The position numbers and the translations under genes are program-made. The notes under the pieces are model-generated. The model had not been told where the DNA came from, ran no database searches, and worked only from the letters and a program-made list of their open reading frames with translations. Positions 25,799 to 33,865 of a stretch of 54,249 bases of DNA are shown piece by piece (position 1 is the first letter of the stretch; each line of letters begins with the position of its first letter). Source of the DNA: a virus (lineage: Duplodnaviria > Caudoviricetes); the IMG/VR virus record IMGVR_UViG_3300010398_000013, positions 1-54,249 of that record. One strand, written 5' to 3'.

Positions 25799-27844
25799 AT
25801 GCTGGTATTCAACCGTCTGAGCGACATCATGGACCGGCAACGGGACGAGGAGCTGAAGCGTGGTCCGGAGGCGGCATGGAAAGCGGCGCGTCATGCCCGC
25901 GATCATGCCCGCTTCCGGGTCTGGGAGAGGAAACGCCGTGGCGTTCTCTCTCGGGCGTGCCTGGCTGTCGTTCAAGCCGTGGCTGCGGCGAAGCGCCTGT
26001 ATGCATCCGACGATAAGCAGATGATCGTCCCAGAGTGGTTTGGAAGGATTGCGCCAGGTAGGGATTGTTCGTCGGCCATCCAACAAGCCGTGGATGCGTC
26101 GATGGCCGCACCTTCCGTCCTTCCGGTCGTGTTCCAGCCACAGCCCTTCGCGCTTCAGGTGAATAGTCCGATTCTGCTTGTGAATCCGGTTGGGATTGCC
26201 GATTCGGGTGGACCGATTCTACTGGGAAGCGGAAGGAACGCGACCGTGTTCGACAATCAGGTTGCAGGCACATCGGGAGCACTAGCGGCAATGCTTGAAA
26301 TCCACTCGACCGCCGGACTGAACACGTTCCTGCGTGGGGGTCACCTCCGGGATTTTAGTATCACGACGACAACCAACCCGGCATTTTCCCACGGGATTCG
26401 GATGCGTGCATGGTGGCAAGCGCATATCGAGAATGTGCAGATCGTCGGGATGAGCGGTTCCGGCTTTGTCAGTGACTGCCAAGTTGGCGATCCGGATGGC
26501 TCGACGGAGACCCTCATCGACAACTGCTGGTTTGTCCAGAATGGCCGGTTTGGGATCGAGACGACGAACGGGACGCCTGCTGCGGTTGAAATAAGCTGGC
26601 CGGTCTTGCGAGGCACCTACTGCATGCAGAACGTGCTTGGCGGGATGAGTATCCGTGCGCTTGGTCTTCTCTGCGATAACAGCGCGTTTGTTCTGAATGG
26701 GCTTGCGGTGGGTGGGGTGATGAATCCCTTAGCGATTGGTGGAGTGCAGATGCGCGTCGATCATGATGCGACCGACACTTCTTTGAGGGATATGATTTTT
26801 AGAAGTTGTGATTTCGAAAACAATGGTGTCGGTGGTTTGGATATCCAAAGCTGTATTGAAGGATTGGTTGATGACACGAACTTCTTGTATACCCAAGCGT
26901 CGACGCCGACTGGCACAACCAATACTTTCGGAGTTCGGTTTGGCTCCATCACGTCGGGTCTACTGCAAAATGTTTTCGACATCGAGGTGAGTCACAGCTA
27001 TGTCCGCGTCGATGCCGCGAACTATACCCAATTTGTGTTCGGCAGGAACTCGCAGTATTGCGAGGTGCGGGACACGTTCTGGGGTCTGCTCTCTGGTGCG
27101 GGGGCGCAGCGGTTCAACTTCAACTTTAATGTTACCAACGACCCAAACAACTTCTCCCTGATCCCGCAGATCGAGGATGATGGGGTGCCTTGGCCACGGG
27201 TGGAATCGACGAACACCTATAACCCGTCGGCGAATCCCGTAACGAGTCCCTACACCCCGAACGCCATTAAGTTCACGAATCACCTACTTTACATCACGAC
27301 CCCCGGTAACTTCACGATCAACAACCCAGTGACGAGCAATAACACGTTTACGGGTGTGCGGATTTTATTCGAGATCATCAACGCAACCCCACTCATTGGT
27401 TCACCACCCACACCCCAGAATATTTTTATCCAGTGGGGAAGTGGCTATCAGCTCCGTGCGTACAGTGATCCGAACCCCTCCGGGATTGGGAACCAGGATC
27501 TCTATCGGATTGTGGAGTTCATGTTCGATAACGTGGTGGGGTGGAGACAGGTCGCGACCAGCCATGCGGTCGTGACGATGCTTATTACGGCACCGGTAAC
27601 CTACAGTGCGAGTCCGATCCCGGCGAACTCGACGGCCACCTGGACGGCAACATTTCAGGGGGTGGCCTTTAATGATGCCGTGCTGGCCACACCGATTGGC
27701 GGTTCACCGGGTATTGGAGCGGGCTTGACGTGGGCCACTTATGTGAGTGCGGCGAATACCGTTGTCGTTATTGTCGCCAACTGCACCACAGCTCCTATTA
27801 CTCCAGTTCAACTTAATTGGCGGTTGACGGTGGCGAAGCCCTAA
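25799..27844 (+). CDS. Tailspike beta-helix/receptor-binding protein
   Basis: PEWFG....D.S.AIQ.A.D entry, beta-helix repeats, C-terminal beta-sandwich. Confidence 0.8.
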   Translation: MLVFNRLSDIMDRQRDEELKRGPEAAWKAARHARDHARFRVWERKRRGVLSRACLAVVQAVAAAKRLYASDDKQMIVPEWFGRIAPGRDCSSAIQQAVDASMAAPSVLPVVFQPQPFALQVNSPILLVNPVGIADSGGPILLGSGRNATVFDNQVAGTSGALAAMLEIHSTAGLNTFLRGGHLRDFSITTTTNPAFSHGIRMRAWWQAHIENVQIVGMSGSGFVSDCQVGDPDGSTETLIDNCWFVQNGRFGIETTNGTPAAVEISWPVLRGTYCMQNVLGGMSIRALGLLCDNSAFVLNGLAVGGVMNPLAIGGVQMRVDHDATDTSLRDMIFRSCDFENNGVGGLDIQSCIEGLVDDTNFLYTQASTPTGTTNTFGVRFGSITSGLLQNVFDIEVSHSYVRVDAANYTQFVFGRNSQYCEVRDTFWGLLSGAGAQRFNFNFNVTNDPNNFSLIPQIEDDGVPWPRVESTNTYNPSANPVTSPYTPNAIKFTNHLLYITTPGNFTINNPVTSNNTFTGVRILFEIINATPLIGSPPTPQNIFIQWGSGYQLRAYSDPNPSGIGNQDLYRIVEFMFDNVVGWRQVATSHAVVTMLITAPVTYSASPIPANSTATWTATFQGVAFNDAVLATPIGGSPGIGAGLTWATYVSAANTVVVIVANCTTAPITPVQLNWRLTVAKP

Positions 27845-27847
27845 ATC

Positions 27848-28075
27848 ATGAAAGTCTTTCAATCGTCGAATTTGAATACGGGCCATTACAACCCGGAGAC
27901 GTCCCGGCTGACGATCGGCTTCGTCTCCGGCTACGCTTACGAGTACGACGTGCCGCCCGAGGTCTGGGACGCCTTGAGTACGGCTGTTGATCCCAATGCC
28001 TATTTCCAGGCGTATATCCGGCCGATCTACCGGGGCAAAATGATCCTGTCGCCCCAATCGGGGGAACGGGAATAG
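27848..28075 (+). CDS. KTSC domain protein
   Basis: SSN....Y......L.I.F.SG..YEY.VP..V...L..A.....YF...IR. Confidence 0.88.
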   Translation: MKVFQSSNLNTGHYNPETSRLTIGFVSGYAYEYDVPPEVWDALSTAVDPNAYFQAYIRPIYRGKMILSPQSGERE

Positions 28076-28077
28076 AG

Positions 28078-28788
28078 ATGCCCATCATCGATTACCGGTG
28101 TCGGGCGGGTCACCTGACCACGCACATGATACCGGCCTCGAAATGTGGCCAGGATCATCCGGAATCCGAGCACTGCCGCTGTCGTATTTGCAAGTGCCGG
28201 GCGGAACGCATCTATGACCAGGCGCCCACGATTGGCTTCACGGGCAAGTCGCAGTCGTCCATCGTCGTCGACCGGAATATCCAGACGGGCGAGTACTCCA
28301 TTCCGGGCCACCGTGAGGACGAGTTACCTGGCCCCGGCTACCAACGTATCGAGATCACGTCGATCCGCCAATACGAGAAAGTCCGTCGCGACATCGATCG
28401 GTCCTTGACGGAGGAAGCCCGGATCAAGGCCGATATCGAGAATCGCTATTTCGACCAGCGTGTTCAAGAGCACCGCCGCGCCGCCAAAGAACGTATCGAG
28501 CAGGCCATTGCCAAAGGGGGCCACTGGGTGGAGTCGACGGACGATCAGGGTGTTCGGCGCTCGCGTTGGGCCGTGATCACGCCGCGGGCCCGGAAGCTGT
28601 TCGATATGGCCTGCCGGCAGGCCGATCGAAAGCGGGCCCAGTTACGGGCCCAGCGCCAGCATCAATCGGCCAACTTCCATCATCGTCTGATCGAATACCG
28701 AAGTTCGGAACAATCCGTCGTCAGCGGTACGGCCAAACGGCCGGAACTGCCCGATCTCCGCGCGCTGCTGGAACGTTTCAAGCGCTAG
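28078..28788 (+). CDS. FmdB-like zinc-ribbon protein
   Basis: MPI.DY.C..GH......C.IC...AERI. Confidence 0.65.
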   Translation: MPIIDYRCRAGHLTTHMIPASKCGQDHPESEHCRCRICKCRAERIYDQAPTIGFTGKSQSSIVVDRNIQTGEYSIPGHREDELPGPGYQRIEITSIRQYEKVRRDIDRSLTEEARIKADIENRYFDQRVQEHRRAAKERIEQAIAKGGHWVESTDDQGVRRSRWAVITPRARKLFDMACRQADRKRAQLRAQRQHQSANFHHRLIEYRSSEQSVVSGTAKRPELPDLRALLERFKR

Positions 28789-28821
28789 ACGTGGCCCTCT
28801 ATCCATAGTAGGCTTCCGCCT

Positions 28822-30885
28822 ATGTCCTACCGGCGTGACGGCAACTACTACCTGATCCCGCCGCCGTTCGACCGTAAAACCGGACAGCCGGCCGATGCCG
28901 ACGCTCAATTCAGCTGGTCGCGAGAAATGGTTCAGGCCGGTAAAGCCTTTCTCAAGCTGCAACCGGCCCACAGCTTCATTCAGGACGGTCTGGACATCAT
29001 CAACGGCGAATTTGCCCGTTCGACCATTCAAGCCTTGTCGAATGTCAAGACGGAACTCGTGGTCCGCAACATGAAAGAGTTGAATGCATCGCAGTCGAAC
29101 CTCAATATCGTCCCGGCGATCACGACTGAAAACGAGCAGTTCCGCGCCCAAACGCAAGTCCTGAACAACTGCTATACGTACTGGTCGTCGAAGACCTTCA
29201 GCGATCGGGTGATCCGCAAAGGCTGGCAGTATGCGACGGGCCTCGGTACCGGCTACGTGTCGATCGGCTATGACCCGGACTACTATGGCATCCGCCAGGG
29301 CGAGATTGCGTTACGCGCGCATGGGCCGCTGGACGTGCTGCCCTTGGGGCTGCCCCATGATCACGACTTGCAAAAGACCTATGCGGTGGCCTTGCGCATC
29401 CCGACGCCCTACCACCAAGCGGTGCGCTACTTCCCCGAAATGGCCGACAAGATCCATCCGACCCGGGACCCGTTAAAGCAGCACGGCACCGTCATGGCGC
29501 AATCGGTCAAATTTGCCTCGGCCGTTCTGAAACGCTTTGGTCCTGGTGCCACTCAGGAACAGGAATCCTTATCCTGGGCCGAGACCGACCTCTACTACAT
29601 CTTCATCGACGACAGAACGGAGAATTGGGGTCCGGAACCCCTTTTGATGGGAGACCCGGGCACCTCTTGGGAATACGAAGTCCCGTATGTCGGCCAGATG
29701 ATCTACGAAGGGACCGACAGTCGCGGCCGCAAGCACTACCGCAAAGCCAAGCCCGAGGACTGTCTGGTCTACCCCTACCGCCGCATGATGGTCTGTACCG
29801 ACGATGCGGTACTCAATCCCGACCCCACCTTGCAAGTCAATCATGGCTGGCATGCGAAAGTACCGGTCGTGCAGTTCCGGGCCGACGACTGGCCCTGGAA
29901 TTTCCTGGGCTTCCCTTTATCGAAGGCCGGAATGCTTTTAGAGAAAGCCAACATTGAAATCTTGCGCGCCATGGTGGATGCCATGAATGTGCGACTCTCC
30001 CCGCCGACCGGCTACGACCGCAACACGATGGCCCGCTCCTTGGCGGAGACGATGAACCTGCGCATCCCCAACCAGCGCATTGGTTTGGATTACACCTTAG
30101 GGGGCGAGCAATTTCGGCCCCTCTTGCCGGTCGAATTTTACAACGTCCCGGCCAATGCCCAGGAAATGATCCAAGCCAACGAAGCCCGCATTACGCATCA
30201 AATGGGTGTTGCCGACGCGACGGCCTTGGCCCGGGCCCGGCAACTGCCCGCGGGCGATTCCACCGAACGCCTGCTGGACGCGTTAGGCCCGATCATCAAA
30301 GACCAGTCGCGCAACATGGAACTCTCCGTCACCCAGCTGGGCGACATGTGGGTACCGTTATGCTTCCAGTGGTGGAATGCCGCCCGGCGCTTCCGCATTT
30401 TTGGTGTGGATGGCCTGGTCGATGCGGACGTGGACTGGAATCCCGGCAACTTTGTGCCGCAGACCGAGCAGGACCGCCTCGGCAGCTATTTCGAAGCCGG
30501 TCGCCAGCACGCCTCCATTTTTCACTACGGCATCGAGCCGTATTCGCTGCATGAACTGAATTCGCTGACGCGCAAAATGGTTTACATGCAACTCGAACGG
30601 GGCGGCTTCCCGATCAGCTGGTGGACCCTGGCACGGATCTGGGGCATCAAAAATTTCGGACCCAAACCCCGGGATACGAATCCGGCGTCGCCGACCTTCA
30701 ATAAGGAGTACATTACGGAATTCGAGTTGTGGTTGGCCGAGCAGGAAATGAAAGCCCGATTTGCGCAGGCGGGAGCTCAAGCCGGGGGTCCGCGTCCGGG
30801 CCGTAAGCCGACCGGCCAGCAGCCGCCCACCCTCCAGTCCAAAGGCGGCGGGACACGCTCGACGGTTCGCGAATCGCCGCGCTAG
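28822..30885 (+). CDS. Portal protein
   Basis: 687 aa between TerL and scaffold/MCP; YATGLGTGY, H..VP.V.F....WPW.F.G.PL pattern of podovirus portals. Confidence 0.8.
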   Translation: MSYRRDGNYYLIPPPFDRKTGQPADADAQFSWSREMVQAGKAFLKLQPAHSFIQDGLDIINGEFARSTIQALSNVKTELVVRNMKELNASQSNLNIVPAITTENEQFRAQTQVLNNCYTYWSSKTFSDRVIRKGWQYATGLGTGYVSIGYDPDYYGIRQGEIALRAHGPLDVLPLGLPHDHDLQKTYAVALRIPTPYHQAVRYFPEMADKIHPTRDPLKQHGTVMAQSVKFASAVLKRFGPGATQEQESLSWAETDLYYIFIDDRTENWGPEPLLMGDPGTSWEYEVPYVGQMIYEGTDSRGRKHYRKAKPEDCLVYPYRRMMVCTDDAVLNPDPTLQVNHGWHAKVPVVQFRADDWPWNFLGFPLSKAGMLLEKANIEILRAMVDAMNVRLSPPTGYDRNTMARSLAETMNLRIPNQRIGLDYTLGGEQFRPLLPVEFYNVPANAQEMIQANEARITHQMGVADATALARARQLPAGDSTERLLDALGPIIKDQSRNMELSVTQLGDMWVPLCFQWWNAARRFRIFGVDGLVDADVDWNPGNFVPQTEQDRLGSYFEAGRQHASIFHYGIEPYSLHELNSLTRKMVYMQLERGGFPISWWTLARIWGIKNFGPKPRDTNPASPTFNKEYITEFELWLAEQEMKARFAQAGAQAGGPRPGRKPTGQQPPTLQSKGGGTRSTVRESPR

Positions 30886-30898
30886 AAAGGAGCATGCG

Positions 30899-31147
30899 AT
30901 GGGATTACTGTCGGATGTGATGGGTAATGAAACGCTATCGAGCGGTCTGGCCAATATGCTGCGCGGCAAAACCTTCGGCGGCAATACGCGCAAGCGGGAT
31001 CGGCGCCGAACCGTAACGCCGATGCAGGAATTCCGCCGCGGCGGCAAGGTCCGCCGTACCGGTTTGGCCAAAGTGCACAAAGGTGAGCATATCTTGACCC
31101 GGCGGCAAGCCCGAGCCCGGCGGCGGCCTCTCCGGCGGAGGCCCTGA
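30899..31147 (+). CDS. Arg-rich small virion-module protein
   Basis: AAAGGAG RBS; FRRGGKVRRTGLAKVHKGE..L motif. Confidence 0.7.
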   Translation: MGLLSDVMGNETLSSGLANMLRGKTFGGNTRKRDRRRTVTPMQEFRRGGKVRRTGLAKVHKGEHILTRRQARARRRPLRRRP

Positions 31148-31148
31148 A

Positions 31149-31340
31149 ATGGCCGAGCGCTTCATTCAACAAGCCACCGAACGCATGCGCGAGAAGGGTA
31201 CCTTGGGGGCGTTCGGCAAAGCCACGGCTAAAAAAATCGCCCGCGCCAAGAAAAAAGGCGGACTCCAAAAAAAGCGCGCGGTCTTCGCGGAAAACATGCG
31301 CCGGATCGCCCGGCGCCGGAAGCGGAGGTCCGACCGATGA
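31149..31340 (+). CDS. Lys/Arg-rich small protein
   Basis: FIQ.A....KGT.G.F......KRAVFAENM. Confidence 0.75.
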   Translation: MAERFIQQATERMREKGTLGAFGKATAKKIARAKKKGGLQKKRAVFAENMRRIARRRKRRSDR

Positions 31341-31558
31341 CGAAAGCCAATCCTGAAACCGTCATGGACGAGCTCAACATGATGGAACTGGCCGATGGCC
31401 TGATCGACATTGCCGGTCTCTTGTACTCGCCCGAAACCATGAACGACTTGTCCGCCTCCATCCGCTTACTGAAGCATGTGGCCGAGCGTCTGGAACATCT
31501 CGAAAAGGAGCGTCAGCATGCCCGCCGAACGGTTCACCCGCCGCGCCAATACGCCTAA
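31337..31558 (+). CDS. Hypothetical protein
   Basis: GGAGG RBS, ATGA coupling. Confidence 0.55.
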   Translation: MTKANPETVMDELNMMELADGLIDIAGLLYSPETMNDLSASIRLLKHVAERLEHLEKERQHARRTVHPPRQYA

Positions 31559-31718
31559 AAAGCGTCGGCAATGGCAGCATGTTTATGAATCGGCCCGAGC
31601 GCGGGGTGCCGAGGAAGGTTCCGCCATCGCTCAGGCGAGCGGGGTGATCAAGCAGGCCGATATCCGCCAGGGCCAGAAGCGGCGTCATTTCCGGAGGGGC
31701 CGTGGCCGCAAACGCTAA
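31518..31718 (+). CDS. ChaB-like Arg-rich small protein
   Basis: AAGGAG RBS; RQWQHVYESA...G..E.SA...A.GV. Confidence 0.65.
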   Translation: MPAERFTRRANTPKKRRQWQHVYESARARGAEEGSAIAQASGVIKQADIRQGQKRRHFRRGRGRKR

Positions 31719-31920
31719 CCCGACGCCGGTCCATCTCCAGGCGCCCGCCAGCTCGAAACCGCTGCCGACCCACGAAATCTATTCGCTGCAGTCGACGGAA
31801 CTGCATTTTGTCCTCGAAGTGATCCGGTCGGGCTCGAAAACCGGCTCCCTGACGATCCATTTTAGTCAGGGCACCCCGTCGGGCACTCTGGAATGGAAAG
31901 AGCGCGTCCGCCACGGCTAA
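31702..31920 (+). CDS. Small DUF2292/YezD-like protein
   Basis: GGAGG RBS + GTG; helix then TGSLTIHFSQG beta-hairpin. Confidence 0.5.
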   Translation: MAANANPTPVHLQAPASSKPLPTHEIYSLQSTELHFVLEVIRSGSKTGSLTIHFSQGTPSGTLEWKERVRHG

Positions 31921-31935
31921 GGCTGCGTATTTCTA

Positions 31936-31965
31936 TTGACATCCCGAAAGCCTTCATCTTACCGT
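31936..31965 (+). promoter_or_regulatory. Late promoter for head genes
   Basis: TTGACA-18 nt-TACCGT. Confidence 0.7.
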
Positions 31966-31971
31966 AAATCC

Positions 31972-32125
31972 GTCTGGGGTTTTGCCATCGTTGGTTGAGG
32001 CCGGTCCCAAGGACTTGAACTCCATCTCAAGTCACCAAAGGAGGCCGGAAGCGGAGAGCGGGCGCTCTTAGCTTCCGGCCTCTTTTTTTGTGTCCCGGCT
32101 TCAACCCGGTAGCTTCGCTCCAGAC
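31972..32125 (+). ncRNA. Candidate structured leader RNA/attenuator
   Basis: Nested complementary pairs 31972-80/32117-25, 31993-32004/32095-106, 32012-18/32027-33 and terminator stem. Confidence 0.55.
32041..32089 (+). terminator. Intrinsic terminator within late leader
   Basis: GAGGCCGGAAGC/GCTTCCGGCCTC 12-bp stem + T7. Confidence 0.88.
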
Positions 32126-32181
32126 TATGCCAAGTACCGATAGCCAGCCTCTTCCTGGTGGTCGGAGAAAGGATAGCTCCC

Positions 32182-32250
32182 ATGATCGGAGTATTTGAGA
32201 CAGCCGAACGTGGCCGCCGACGTGGCCGTGGCCGGAAAAAGCGCAGATAG
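32182..32250 (+). CDS. 22-aa protamine-like peptide
   Basis: AGAAAGGA RBS; MIGVFETAERGRRRGRGRKKRR. Confidence 0.6.
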   Translation: MIGVFETAERGRRRGRGRKKRR

Positions 32251-32319
32251 CGCCACCGGGGCTGAGGAGAACCTGAAATTCCGATCAGCCCGCTGTCTCC
32301 ATCCACGGGAGCCATTGGA

Positions 32320-32448
32320 ATGGCCAGACGACGTATCTCTATGCCGAAAGATGGACTGCGTGCTCCGGGCACGACCATGATCCGCACGCCCATGAAATCC
32401 TTTACGGGGCATCGGCGCGGCACCATGCGCCGGAGAGCCAAACGCTAG
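32320..32448 (+). CDS. 42-aa Arg-rich peptide
   Basis: GGGAG RBS; MARRRISMPKDGLRAPGTTMIRTPMKSFTGHRRGTMRRRAKR. Confidence 0.6.
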   Translation: MARRRISMPKDGLRAPGTTMIRTPMKSFTGHRRGTMRRRAKR

Positions 32449-32451
32449 TTT

Positions 32452-32772
32452 ATGTCCCGAGTCGCAACACCCATGCCGACCGATCCGGCGTCGACCGCCC
32501 AAAACTATGGCGGAACCTCGATGCAGCGGTTGGCCGGTGGCGCCGAAGACGTGACGACAGGGGCCCCTGGCGCTGAAGGTACCCCCGATCAGATGGCAAC
32601 GGTGACCAATACCTTACGGGAATGTTCGGACCGCATCATGTCCGTGGTCGGCCAGAATCCGAAGGTGGCCAAAGAAGCTCGCGAGGCTTTAGCCGCCATC
32701 CGCCGTTTAGCCGCCGCTTTTGTATCGAATCCGGGAGCCGGCCCCGAGCCGACGCCGCGGACGAATTATTAA
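32452..32772 (+). CDS. Hypothetical head-module protein
   Basis: 106 aa just upstream of scaffold; helical C-half. Confidence 0.65.
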   Translation: MSRVATPMPTDPASTAQNYGGTSMQRLAGGAEDVTTGAPGAEGTPDQMATVTNTLRECSDRIMSVVGQNPKVAKEAREALAAIRRLAAAFVSNPGAGPEPTPRTNY

Positions 32773-32844
32773 CCATGAAACCCTACCAACAACTCGCCAT
32801 GGACTCCTTTCGAGGAACAACCCGGAAGCGAACTGGAGGCGACC

Positions 32845-33846
32845 GTGCCGGTTGACGCTAACCGTGTGACCTCTTTAATCGATGAGCTGGGCTTACCGCA
32901 AGCCGACAAAGACTTCCTGACGAAATCTTTAACGGATCCGGCCAACGACGCCTCCGCCCAGCGCTTCATCTCCCAGCGGCAGCGTCACGACGAATTCACC
33001 CGCCGCACTCAAGATTGGTCCACGGAGCGGGCCAATTTGGAGCGGCGCGTCAACGACGAGACCGCTCGCTATGCTCAGGATCTCCAGGATGCCAACGGCA
33101 AGCTGGCCCAGGTGGCCCGCGATTTGGAAACCTCCCGCATCAACGAGTCCACCGCGCAGGCCCGTATCCAAAAAATCAAGACAATGTACAACCTGTCGGA
33201 TGACGATCTGCCGCCAGCGGAAGCGTCCGGGAATCGTCCGCTCCCCGAGCCCGTCCCGCACTTAACCGCCGACGCCGTGAACGGCATTTTGAAGAAGTTC
33301 CGCGACGACCTGATGAAGGAATTCCGGCCCGAGTTTGAAGCCTTTCCGCGTGTCGCCGCGTTAATGGACGATATCGACGCCCAGCACCGCGACCTGCTGG
33401 GCAAGCGCCTGACCTACGACGAAAAGCAGGAACTGATCAAAACCGCTCAGGTCGAAAACGGACCTTCTCTGTTGAAAGCGTGGCGGGACAAATACGATAT
33501 CGCCACGATTGAAAAGCAGCGCGAACGGGAGGAATGGACCCGGACGGAGCGCCAGAAGTGGGAAGACGAACGGCGCGCGAAGGATTCGGCCGATGCGTTA
33601 GCGGGCGTCCGGCGCCATTCGGCGAATCAGCCGGCGACGGTCAGTCCCGTCTTGAATCGTAAGTTTACCGAGCATCCCACGACCCTGGAGCGGCCGGGGA
33701 CGGCCCCGGTACCCTCGCCGCCGGCCCCGGTGCAAAGCGAAGCGCCCAAATTGACGGGGGCCGAGCGGGCGGCCGCTAAATTTCTCGAGCGCCGTGCCGC
33801 CAATATACCGATGGGCGAGCGGGCACCGCTACCGACGCGAACCTGA
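32845..33846 (+). CDS. Capsid scaffolding protein
   Basis: Charged coiled coil, directly upstream of MCP; GGAGG RBS + GTG. Confidence 0.7.
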   Translation: MPVDANRVTSLIDELGLPQADKDFLTKSLTDPANDASAQRFISQRQRHDEFTRRTQDWSTERANLERRVNDETARYAQDLQDANGKLAQVARDLETSRINESTAQARIQKIKTMYNLSDDDLPPAEASGNRPLPEPVPHLTADAVNGILKKFRDDLMKEFRPEFEAFPRVAALMDDIDAQHRDLLGKRLTYDEKQELIKTAQVENGPSLLKAWRDKYDIATIEKQREREEWTRTERQKWEDERRAKDSADALAGVRRHSANQPATVSPVLNRKFTEHPTTLERPGTAPVPSPPAPVQSEAPKLTGAERAAAKFLERRAANIPMGERAPLPTRT

Positions 33847-33865
33847 TGTTTAGGAGAGTATTTCC

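Noticed and set aside
20858-27844. Diversity-generating retroelement or invertase shufflon acting on fibres
   Set aside because: No reverse transcriptase or invertase ORF; repeats differ at synonymous positions rather than adenines; all modules have the same orientation.
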